64,000 nt of DNA, from positions 1-64,000 of IMG/VR virus record IMGVR_UViG_3300035670_000086; one strand, given 5' to 3'. Source of the DNA: a virus. This document shows positions 34,011-43,600 of this stretch, piece by piece. The notes beneath the pieces are model-generated. The model was not told where the DNA came from and did no database searches. It saw nothing but the letters and a program-made list of their open reading frames with translations. Position numbers and translations under genes: made by a program. Within the stretch, counting starts at the first letter, position 1. Each line of letters begins with the position of its first letter.

Positions 34011-34432
34011 AGTTTAGGTGCTTCTTCAGCAACTGTAACGGAGCCTTCGGATTGACCTTGTTGAGCTTCCACTTCGGCACGCATCTTAGCATAGCCTTCG
34101 GGATCTTCTTGACGGAACTGTTCGATCCGCTTTGCAAAATCTTGTTGCAAGGCTTCTACTCCCTTGTAAAACAAGAACTTAGCAAAATCATCATTCGATA
34201 GATGATCGGGCTTCGCCAGTTTACAGAAGTTGTTAAAACCTTCGGCCTCGTCCTTGGCAAACTTTAGTGTAATTTTCATGCGACCTTTCTTATGTCCTTC
34301 TGATTTAAACTCAATTTTTGAGGTTGAGTTATCTAATGATACTTTTATTAATCTTGAAGATTCAAACTTTTTAGCTGATTTGACGGTCAACTTATTATTT
34401 GAATCGGTTATTGGGAGTTGTTTTGTTTCCAT
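34007..34432 (-). CDS. hypothetical protein
   Basis: ORF; METKQ start downstream of a CTATTAT element. Confidence 0.7.
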   Translation of the reverse strand: METKQLPITDSNNKLTVKSAKKFESSRLIKVSLDNSTSKIEFKSEGHKKGRMKITLKFAKDEAEGFNNFCKLAKPDHLSNDDFAKFLFYKGVEALQQDFAKRIEQFRQEDPEGYAKMRAEVEAQQGQSEGSVTVAEEAPKL

Positions 34433-34449
34433 AAAAGAAAACCTTTCCC

Positions 34450-34458
34450 CTATAATAG
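34450..34458. promoter_or_regulatory. palindromic bidirectional -10 element CTATAATAG
   Basis: Centre of the second divergent gap (34432/34478). Confidence 0.55.
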
Positions 34459-34477
34459 TCAGGAAGGATAAGAAAAT

Positions 34478-35017
34478 ATGCAAGACGAATACGATCTAAG
34501 CAAACTAGTTAAGAATAAGAAGAAGCGATTGAACAGCAAGAACAAAGGCAATACTTTTCAACGAAAGATTGCACAGATCTTTAATGAACACTTACAAACT
34601 GAAGAGTTTGCTCCTACGCCGGGGTCAGGGGCATTCGCAACCACGCACAACTTACCACAGCATCTTCAGATCTATGGGGACTTAATTACCCCTAAGAACT
34701 TTAATTTTGTATTAGAATGTAAAAAAGGATACAACAAAGAAAACATAGGATCTACATTTACAGATAAGTCTTTGATACGGGATGCTTTAGCACAAGTAGA
34801 AAGAGATGCTAAGAAGTGCAATAAAATACCATTAGTAATCTTTCAACAGGATAGAAAAGATATCCTTTGTGTCATTCCTTGCACCAGTTTTCAGGATCAG
34901 TTTTTATCTAAACTAAGCTATTATGTAGTATTAAAAAAAGAGTATATAATAATAAAACTAAAAGAGTTATTAAGTATATACCCTAAGGAATCTAGTTTCT
35001 GGTTTAACTACTTCTGA
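34478..35017 (+). CDS. Hjc-like Holliday junction resolvase (PD-(D/E)xK)
   Basis: NSKNKGNTFQRKIA, PGSGA, GDL, LECKKGY, PLVIFQQDR. Confidence 0.8.
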   Translation: MQDEYDLSKLVKNKKKRLNSKNKGNTFQRKIAQIFNEHLQTEEFAPTPGSGAFATTHNLPQHLQIYGDLITPKNFNFVLECKKGYNKENIGSTFTDKSLIRDALAQVERDAKKCNKIPLVIFQQDRKDILCVIPCTSFQDQFLSKLSYYVVLKKEYIIIKLKELLSIYPKESSFWFNYF

Positions 35018-37710
35018 AATCTATAGATAATATCCTCTATTAGCTTTCTCTGACCATGTAAGAACTTAATTAATATTTCAGAAGAATCATTTACTTGTCT
35101 GTAATCAGGACTTTCGGTTGTGTAATGTTGTAATCCTTGTTCAGAAAAATATGATTGCATTTGTGCTGATGGCCCTAGTCTTTTTACATATAATTTAGCC
35201 ATTTTTTGTTTTTTAAAGTTACCTGCTTTATTTTTTACTCGTCTACCTTTTTTATCTAACTCATATCTATATAAAGTAAATCCACCTGATTTTCCCGGAA
35301 CAAAATCAAACTCATTTGGATTTGTAGTAACTTGATCCATATAATAATTTACCATATGGTTATGTGCAACAGATTGGGTTTTTGGTTTAGACTCTCCATA
35401 AGTTTGAATTTGTGTTATTAAATTAAAATCAGGAGCAATTGAGCAGGCTCTGAACATATCCACAAGATCTCTTGTAGCTTGAGTTTTATTTTTTTTGTAT
35501 TTATATTTTAAAGAATCTATTGTTAAATGATATCTATAATCTCCAATAATTTCTTTAATGCTATCAATACTATCTGCATCACTAATAGAATCTTGTAAAT
35601 CATTGTATTTTTCTTGATCTTCAGGGGATAAAGCATCACCCAATATTTTGCTTATATCTATTTTTCTTATTTCCCTTACTAAGTCAGTTCTTGCAGATTC
35701 TATATCTTTAGGGTTATTTTTGTATTCAGTATTATTATTCTTAGTGCTTTTTGGTGGTTTAAGTTGATCTAATGCTTTATCAATAGAATCAAAACTACTA
35801 TCTAACTTTTTCATTACCGGAGATGCTGTTTGTATTTTTTCTAAATAAGAAGTAATCATTGTTGATCCCATCTTAACATCATCTCCTTTATTTTTAATTA
35901 CTTTTACCCCAACAGCTACAGCATGTGTAATTTTTTCATTCCTTAATCGTTTACCTCCTAAATAAAATTGTTCAATAGTTTTTGGTGATAAAATCAAATC
36001 ATTTATTACTTTTTGTGGAATACCGTCTCGTATTAATGATTCTCGTAAGGTATTTTCATTATCATATAATTCAATTATATCTGGTTTTTTTCCATTTATC
36101 AATTTTTCTCCTACCCCAAATGCATCTGTAGGATGTCTTAACTCAATGTATGTTTTTTGTGTTAGTTTTAATCCTGTCAAAACTATGCTATCTATCATAT
36201 TTTTAAGATCAGTTTCTGACCACCCACCACTGTTAGCAACAGCATAAGATTTTAATTCCTCTAAATACATGTATGCTTCTTGAGATATGGCTACATTTCC
36301 TACTCCATCTCTAAGTAAAGTTTTTGTTATATCAGACAATGTATCTGAAGAAAATTGATTTTTTATGATATTTACTTTTAGTAATAATTTACTATATAAA
36401 GCCTTTTTATCTTGTTCTGTTTTTGCTGCTCTTATTTGAGCAAATATAGGGATTGTAACCTCAACAACTTTTTCAGCAAATGTTCCTATTTTGTTATTTA
36501 GTTGACTGTCTGCTTTTCCTTCACCCGCGAGTAATTTTGATAGTGAACCTTTAAAAGATGGTTTGTGTTTTTCATACTCTTTCTTTAATTCTGGATTTGA
36601 TTCCCTTTCAATTAATTGAAGGTATGTTTTTGCTAACACTGTAAGTGGGTGATTGTCTTGTAAAGCACCTAAAATTAAACCTCTGCTACTTCCTGAAGTA
36701 GGAATTATTCTAAGGTTATTTCCAGTATCATCAAATTGAAGATGGTTCAAATATATGCGATCATTTGAATCAATTGGTTTTCCATCTGAAAGACTTTTTA
36801 TAGCTCTTACAAGAGCTGATATAGATTTAGCAGCCTCTTCTCTTAAGTGTTTATCTACTTGTTGTGGTTTTTTTTCAGCAGAGGTTATTGAGAATGTTGT
36901 AGATGTATTGTCTATTTTTATAAAGTATGCAGGATGTGCTAATTTAGTAAGTATTGACTGAGGACGACCACCCCCTTTACTAATACCAATCATTAAATCA
37001 ACTATATTTCCATTATTTAAATTATTAAAAGTATCTATTAATTGTCTTATTTGTTGAATCTCTAAGTTTGTTTGGTTTTTAGATTCTTCATCTTCTATAC
37101 TCTCTGCTGCTTTTTGTTTTTCTGCTATAATTGATTCCCACAAATCTTTAAATGCACTTGAAGCAAAAATATTCATTGCAGTTGAAGTAGTATCATTTAC
37201 AATCTTAAATATATCTCTGTCATGCTCAGATTTAAATTTTTCCAATGCTAATGCTTCTATTTGTTGCTGTCTTCTAATTAAAGATTCTTGATTCATTACT
37301 TCCGCTCGTGATGCTGCTTTTTCTGCTTCTGTTCTTCCGGCTACTACTCCTTCTTGGCCTTTTGACTGATCTTGTCCCCCGGAAGATAATAACCTTACAA
37401 AATCATAATAATTTTGTGTAGCAATATTACCTCCACCTCCTATAGGCATAGCTCTACCTTTGCTACTAGGAAAACCATCAAATACAGGTTTACCTGCTGA
37501 GTTTCCTTCCTTAGCTATCCAAACAATACTGTCAGGAATTTGAGATACAGGAATTTTATTATTTGGAGAAGGTGCACCTGATGCAGCCTCGGCACTTTTT
37601 ATATATTGATCTGCTAATGCTTTAGCTTGTGGATCTAATACCACTTCTTTTTTTTCATCTATTTTATTTGCACTGTAATATGCTGATATTAATTCTTTTA
37701 AGTAATCCAT
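35008..37710 (-). CDS. 900-aa hypothetical protein, possibly packaged/ejected internal protein
   Basis: Long AT-rich ORF after tail tube; leader MDYLKELISAY...KIDE. Confidence 0.8.
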   Translation of the reverse strand: MDYLKELISAYYSANKIDEKKEVVLDPQAKALADQYIKSAEAASGAPSPNNKIPVSQIPDSIVWIAKEGNSAGKPVFDGFPSSKGRAMPIGGGGNIATQNYYDFVRLLSSGGQDQSKGQEGVVAGRTEAEKAASRAEVMNQESLIRRQQQIEALALEKFKSEHDRDIFKIVNDTTSTAMNIFASSAFKDLWESIIAEKQKAAESIEDEESKNQTNLEIQQIRQLIDTFNNLNNGNIVDLMIGISKGGGRPQSILTKLAHPAYFIKIDNTSTTFSITSAEKKPQQVDKHLREEAAKSISALVRAIKSLSDGKPIDSNDRIYLNHLQFDDTGNNLRIIPTSGSSRGLILGALQDNHPLTVLAKTYLQLIERESNPELKKEYEKHKPSFKGSLSKLLAGEGKADSQLNNKIGTFAEKVVEVTIPIFAQIRAAKTEQDKKALYSKLLLKVNIIKNQFSSDTLSDITKTLLRDGVGNVAISQEAYMYLEELKSYAVANSGGWSETDLKNMIDSIVLTGLKLTQKTYIELRHPTDAFGVGEKLINGKKPDIIELYDNENTLRESLIRDGIPQKVINDLILSPKTIEQFYLGGKRLRNEKITHAVAVGVKVIKNKGDDVKMGSTMITSYLEKIQTASPVMKKLDSSFDSIDKALDQLKPPKSTKNNNTEYKNNPKDIESARTDLVREIRKIDISKILGDALSPEDQEKYNDLQDSISDADSIDSIKEIIGDYRYHLTIDSLKYKYKKNKTQATRDLVDMFRACSIAPDFNLITQIQTYGESKPKTQSVAHNHMVNYYMDQVTTNPNEFDFVPGKSGGFTLYRYELDKKGRRVKNKAGNFKKQKMAKLYVKRLGPSAQMQSYFSEQGLQHYTTESPDYRQVNDSSEILIKFLHGQRKLIEDIIYRFQK

Positions 37711-37718
37711 ATAATGAG

Positions 37719-37747
37719 AAACCCACCCAGCCTGAACTGGATGGGTT
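37719..37747 (-). terminator. hairpin after tail tube (weak U tract)
   Basis: AACCCATCCAG-TTCAGG-CTGGGTGGGTT then TCTC. Confidence 0.55.
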
Positions 37748-37770
37748 ACCTTTCTGTATCTAATTATAGA

Positions 37771-38367
37771 TCAAGTATTTGTGTTGGCATTCTGAACAAT
37801 GAAATCGTAACGGAAAGTTGCTTCGATTGTATGGAACTCGTTAGTTGAGTAGTTAAACTCAGCTTGCTTCCAAGACTTAGGATACACACCGTAAAGCCGT
37901 GTGAATGACATTGGCTTACCCTTGTTATCCAACTGAACTATGTCTGCAACTGTTTTAAAGTTGCCGACTACACCACCGGGGGTAACTTGTCTACCATTTT
38001 CAAACTCTCCTGTAACTGGATTGTAAATAGTTTTTATCCAGTCAAACAATAGAGAACTCATCTTAGTTTTGTACAAGTTATCAAACTGTACAGTTAGTTC
38101 TTCTGGGCTTGCTTTGCCGGGGTAGAAGACTTTATCGTTTACACGATGGACTTCTATATCTTCTACAGTGTAACCAGTCTGGCTTACTGACTTAGCAGCC
38201 AAGGTCAAAGGACGATCAACGCCATTGGCAGCAGCAACGGGAACATTGTAGAATGTGATTTCCCATTGATATGCACGCACGGAATCGAGATCCTGTGACA
38301 CCATAGGGAGTTTCTTTCCCTGAAGGTTACGATTCTGAGATGTAACGAATAGTGGATTATATGGCAT
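37771..38367 (-). CDS. gp19: tail tube protein (T4 gp19-like)
   Basis: FYPGK, LTVQF, LFDW, IVQLD..G, LYGVYP, IEATFRYD; follows sheath. Confidence 0.88.
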   Translation of the reverse strand: MPYNPLFVTSQNRNLQGKKLPMVSQDLDSVRAYQWEITFYNVPVAAANGVDRPLTLAAKSVSQTGYTVEDIEVHRVNDKVFYPGKASPEELTVQFDNLYKTKMSSLLFDWIKTIYNPVTGEFENGRQVTPGGVVGNFKTVADIVQLDNKGKPMSFTRLYGVYPKSWKQAEFNYSTNEFHTIEATFRYDFIVQNANTNT

Positions 38368-38379
38368 AGTCTATACCTT

Positions 38380-40461
38380 TCAGCTTCCTAGCTTGGCTGA
38401 TTGATTAGTAACATTGATTTCGAATACAATGATTTCTGCGGTCTTGGTTGGCTTGAGTAAAATCTTGCACCAAAGTTCGTTGCGATCCACTCTAGCAGGA
38501 GTGTTAGTTGTTTCATCGCAAACCACCTTGTACTCTGTGATACCCCGTCTTCTACGAATATCGTCAAGGAGAGGATCTACCACACCAACAATATTTTCCC
38601 ATGTTATTGGGTCGTTAGGTTCAAACACAAACGATTGAGTGCTTGCGAGTAGAACTTTGCGTAGGTAGATCATTAGTCTACGAACATTGATTCTATCCAA
38701 GGCACTTGGATTACGCTGTGCTGTGCGTTGACCAAAGATTGTGATACCTCTTTGTGGGAACTCAACTACAGGGTTAATAACATTGCCACCACTGTAGAGA
38801 GAATCACGGTCCCCTTGGTTTAGTACAACATCTACATCTATCGGCTTGGTCAATCTACCTCTCTGGAATCCAGCAGGAGCAAACCAAGGATCTGCGATTG
38901 AGTCAGTGTAGCACATCTGGCGTGCGGCAAAGATGGTTGGGTCGTACCAACGGTCGATGCCATCAAAGACACTGTATACCTTTACCCAAGGCCAGAACAC
39001 TGCTGCGTAGCTGCTATTGAGAGAAGCGGTTCTTGTTTCGCTTCTTCCATTTGTCCAATCTATGGCCTCTTGAACAGAGTCAACTGATCCATAAGGAGGA
39101 GCAACTAGTGCAATAAAGTTTTGAGTTTGTTCGGCTAAGGTAACCAAAGCATTCTGTAGACTTTGGTTATTCATGCCGGGGGTCAAAGCTATTGAGATGT
39201 TTAAAGTATCATCGTCTAGAGCGTAGATACCTGTTTTTGGTGTTTGAGTAGGATCGCCAATTAGAGCTAGAGCGTTGGTATCATCATCTGTGCTTGTGCC
39301 GTTAGTACCACTTCTTAGTGAGTAAGTACCTTCGATTGGCTTAACGAACATTCTAGCTGTGGCTGTTCCTGTGCCACCTTGTCCTGTACCAGTAATTCCA
39401 GTAACACCTAGGTCACTCAAAGGATCAGTGAATGCTCCTATTGGGGTAGCAGTGAAATCGGTCAATGCTGCTCCAGAGGTCAAGTATCCAAGGATCACTT
39501 CTGATGTTGTGTTTTCTGCACCAGTGTTTATAATTTCTTCTACGAATGTATACTGGTTAACTAGATCCCCCTTGAAGGTTTCTAGTGCAGCACCATCTTC
39601 GTTTAGTTGGAAGACTACTTTTTCACCACCGAGGCTATTAATTTCAAAAGAGTTTCCGATTGTGTTGCCATCTGAATCGGTGCTCAAGTTGTAGCCAGTT
39701 CCGGGGTATAGGGTTTCTACATAGTAAGCAACGCCGTTAGCACCACTAGCGAAGGTAGTTCCTATTACAGTTAGTGATGAAGCTGCTGTGGCTGATGCTG
39801 TACCTGAGAAGTTTATGGCTTTTAGAGCGGATACACCATTGGTGAATGCCGCATCTGAATAGGCTGATACTGATAAAGATGCACCTGAACCAGCCCAAGA
39901 ACCAACAAGGTATCCAGTGGTTACATCTGAATCAGAGTAGAATATGCCAACCTTGTCATTATCTAAACTTCCACCAATTACTGTCTTTAGAGCCAAGGCT
40001 TGACCACCTGATGCGGTAGTCTCTACTTGTCCTGATGGAACAGCAAACTGCTTAGTTACTAGATACTGATTAACTCCCGTATTATCCGTTACATCTACCT
40101 TTAAATAAAGATTAGCTGATACGCCGAGTCCGCTTGCTACAAATTGAACCGCTGGGCAAGCACCGATTGGAACTAGTGCAGAAGCCTCGGCAGCAGTTTG
40201 TGTAACTCCACGGACGAAATAAATTTTATTTGTAGCTTCTAAAATTTCGATAGCCCCTTCCAAGGCTTGGCCGGGGATGGACTCACTAGGCTTACCGAAA
40301 GTATTTATTAGCTGTTGAGGAGAAGTTATTAGGGTAGCCTCATCTACGGGACCCTTGGAAGCAAATCCAACGATACCGACAATAGACGAATCTACCGTAG
40401 CTGCGTACTCGCTAATGTCCTTCTCTATTACATAAACGCCGGGAGATACAATATTAGCCAT
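38380..40461 (-). CDS. gp18: tail sheath protein (T4 gp18-like)
   Basis: SPGVYVIEKD, WFAPAG..RG, INPV, FGQRT, SALDRINVRRL, FEPND. Confidence 0.96.
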   Translation of the reverse strand: MANIVSPGVYVIEKDISEYAATVDSSIVGIVGFASKGPVDEATLITSPQQLINTFGKPSESIPGQALEGAIEILEATNKIYFVRGVTQTAAEASALVPIGACPAVQFVASGLGVSANLYLKVDVTDNTGVNQYLVTKQFAVPSGQVETTASGGQALALKTVIGGSLDNDKVGIFYSDSDVTTGYLVGSWAGSGASLSVSAYSDAAFTNGVSALKAINFSGTASATAASSLTVIGTTFASGANGVAYYVETLYPGTGYNLSTDSDGNTIGNSFEINSLGGEKVVFQLNEDGAALETFKGDLVNQYTFVEEIINTGAENTTSEVILGYLTSGAALTDFTATPIGAFTDPLSDLGVTGITGTGQGGTGTATARMFVKPIEGTYSLRSGTNGTSTDDDTNALALIGDPTQTPKTGIYALDDDTLNISIALTPGMNNQSLQNALVTLAEQTQNFIALVAPPYGSVDSVQEAIDWTNGRSETRTASLNSSYAAVFWPWVKVYSVFDGIDRWYDPTIFAARQMCYTDSIADPWFAPAGFQRGRLTKPIDVDVVLNQGDRDSLYSGGNVINPVVEFPQRGITIFGQRTAQRNPSALDRINVRRLMIYLRKVLLASTQSFVFEPNDPITWENIVGVVDPLLDDIRRRRGITEYKVVCDETTNTPARVDRNELWCKILLKPTKTAEIIVFEINVTNQSAKLGS

Positions 40462-40472
40462 AAATTAAATCC

Positions 40473-40652
40473 TTATCTATAGTCAGAGACTTTAACCATT
40501 CTTCGTCTCTGTAAGTTTTTAATCATTTTACTTAAATAAGACGCTGGGACCACAACGCTCTGTCGTGGTTCTAAACGGTACATCTTGTTACCTTCTGGGG
40601 TGACTAGACATACCTGAAGTGCTTGTAGACATTCGTTTATTATCTGTTTCAT
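40473..40652 (-). CDS. small hypothetical protein (59 aa, not in ORF track)
   Basis: MKQIINECLQALQVCLVTPEG...RRRMVKVSDYR fills the gap upstream of sheath. Confidence 0.65.
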   Translation of the reverse strand: MKQIINECLQALQVCLVTPEGNKMYRLEPRQSVVVPASYLSKMIKNLQRRRMVKVSDYR

Positions 40653-40661
40653 AGCTATAAG

Positions 40662-40669
40662 TATTTAGT
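40662..40669 (-). promoter_or_regulatory. putative late promoter (ACTAAATA)
   Basis: TAAATA core as in T4-like late promoters, intergenic, upstream of the sheath/tube operon. Confidence 0.45.
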
Positions 40670-40699
40670 ATTGGCTATAATATAATTTTAGAATAATTT

Positions 40700-43600
40700 T
40701 TAAGTATTATTACCATTTAACTTTAATGCGTATTGAATGTACGCTATCAACGGAGCAACATAGAATAAACCAGCAGGATTATTTTCTCCCATAGGAACAG
40801 TTCTTGCTTTATTTAAAGCGTAAGTCATGGATGTAAGATAATCTGCTGTTGACCACGCTGGATCTAAAACATTTGATATTGTATTATAATTAGAATTAAA
40901 CCAAGCTGATTTATTTAAAAATTCATTGGATGAAGTTAGATTAGATAAGTTATCTCCAGCAGCAATGATAGCACCTATTGCTATTGTTGAATGCCCATCC
41001 GTATTTCTTGCAAATCCAGATCTTGAAGGGAATTTGTTAAAATCACCTCCAGAGAATCCACTAGCAGGATTACCTATAGTAAAGTTACCTTTTCCGTAAA
41101 TATCTGTTCCCCTCTTCCATGCTGGATAATGCCAAGAGTTTGTATTGCATACTAAAAACTCTGGGGGAGCAGCTATAGTTTTATTTGGATCCACAGAACT
41201 TAATGGATTTCCATTAATAGTAAAACTAGTTAAAACATTACCATAAGCTCCGGGATTTCTCCCTAGTATACTAAGTAATGTTCCACCAGAGTACTGAGAC
41301 AATAATGTTGGAAGCTCAGGCATTTCAGCACAGCCAGAGAAATTATGAAATGCTGAATCTAGGAACAGTGTTCGAGCAACTGAACTACAAGCATTATTTA
41401 ATCCTGATGATATTACCGGATCAAATTCTTTAACTGATTTAACTAAGCATCGGAACAAGTAAACTTGATAATGCGATTGCATTACCGTAACCCAATAAGA
41501 ACTAGCACTATAGATGCCACCCTGCAAATATAAATTTGGTTGACCAGCCTGTGTTAATGTTGGATAATTTGAGTCTGGTGCTGGTTCCCAACTTACTTGC
41601 CCATCATTAGTACCTAAGGCATATGCTTTTCCTGACGGATTGTATAACCAATATCCTTTAGATGGATTAGTAGGTATAGAACTAAAAGTATTTCCTGCTG
41701 CCAAAATTTGTTCTATATCTTGTGGATTTGGTGATGCTCCTGTTTGTTTACTTAAATGAAGACCCCCAATTAATCCATTTTGCGGTATGTAAGAATAATT
41801 TAAAGCACTTGCTGCATATTCAAATAATACTTGATTTTGATTTCTCCAATTGTTAGAAGCTATTTGATAATACATGGCAGGACCACCGATACCAAACGCC
41901 AAGAATCTGACATTTGAAAATTGTCCTAATGCACCGTTTCCTCGACCACTTGGATTATCACGCAAAACAGAGTAAAAATTTGTTAATGAATAATTTGTAG
42001 AATATGCGTTACCTCCACCAAGATTAGTGGGAATAGATAAAACTACAGAGCTTGGATATGGATTCATTAGAATTGAATAGAATCCAGCGATAGATTCAAA
42101 TTCTTCTTTCCACATCTCATCATTAGTTAAAGTTGTGATAGCATGCATTAAAGGGAACACACGACTTGAGTGTTCTGGGGATGCTGGTCTATATCCAGCT
42201 ATATTCGTCCCATCAAAAATAGTCGCTCCATTAAAAGGCATACTAAAATAAGAATATTTACACGCATTAACAAGGTTGTAGTTTAACAATTCTCCATAAA
42301 TAATATTACCTTGAGAATTTGTTGATGGATTATCTTTTAGTTTTACAATATTGGAGAGATTAGAGTCTTCATAGGGTTCACATAGTTTTGAGTTTGATTT
42401 TTTTGATCCATAAATTTTTGGGAACAAGAATGGCTTACCATTATTTTCTATTACTCGACATCCCGGATAACCACCGTACCCCCATTCATAAATAGTTGTT
42501 GGTGTTGTGGTTGTAGATGTAATTCCATAATGAGTCATTACCTGACCAGCAGAAATAGGAACACCGGAAAAATCAAAAATACCGTAGTACCTATCTGTAA
42601 TAAAATGAGATTCTGCATTTAATAATCTCAAATAATTATTACTCAAAAACATACCTTTATACAAGTGAACAAGAGCTAATCCTCCGATATCTAGATTTCT
42701 AGACCCCATAACTGTATGAGGAGTTTTTACTCTGTACATCCAATTATATTCTGAATTATTAACATCTGTTCCTTGGTAATAAGCTGGGCTTGTTGGTGTG
42801 TATGCGTAAAAATTATGAAAATTTGTTCCTCTGGTCCCTATAGATCCATAATTACCTCCGGGATTTGCATTAGAGGGTTGTTCATATCTGCACAAACCAT
42901 ACTTAGTATTTTCTTCAAAATACTTATATAAATTATCACTAATTATGTTATATCCAGCCATACCATCAACATTAGTGAATAATTTATAAGGACCATTATC
43001 AAAATAATCACCTACTTGATTTCCAAAGTGAGTATCGTTAAAACTTTTTTGCCCAACGAAATCATCATTTATCAAAGGAGCTAAATCTTTGGTAGGACCC
43101 CACTTTGGAATTGTCCACCAAGTTCTTTTTCTATTTGGGAAGGCAACATCACCAAACTGTCCCATCTCCTTTGCATAAGAATAAGTAACATAAGAATTAT
43201 CTACTGGGAACAATCTAAATCGTCTATGGAATTTTTTTACTTTTCCAATACCGTGAATATTAAACCCTAAAACTTTTTGTTCTGCTGTTAACTCTTCATC
43301 AGTATCGCTAGGGAAATATCCTTCTTTTCCTTGAGTTCTAATAATCCATTCAGGAATACTTTCAAAGTTATTAACTAAACCATATCTATTAACATCCCCA
43401 TAGACATTACCCCAGTCTACATTTGAAAATCTTTCTAGTTCTGAAACGGCACTGACTCCAGAAGAAACTTCAAACCACAAATCAGAGTAATAGAAATTAC
43501 CTAAAACTTGATTTTCATTTTGTAGGACTGTGCCGATCCCTTTGCCTGCATCAATTCCTCTGTAATCGTAGTTGCCGTTACTAATCTTAAAGTCTAATCC

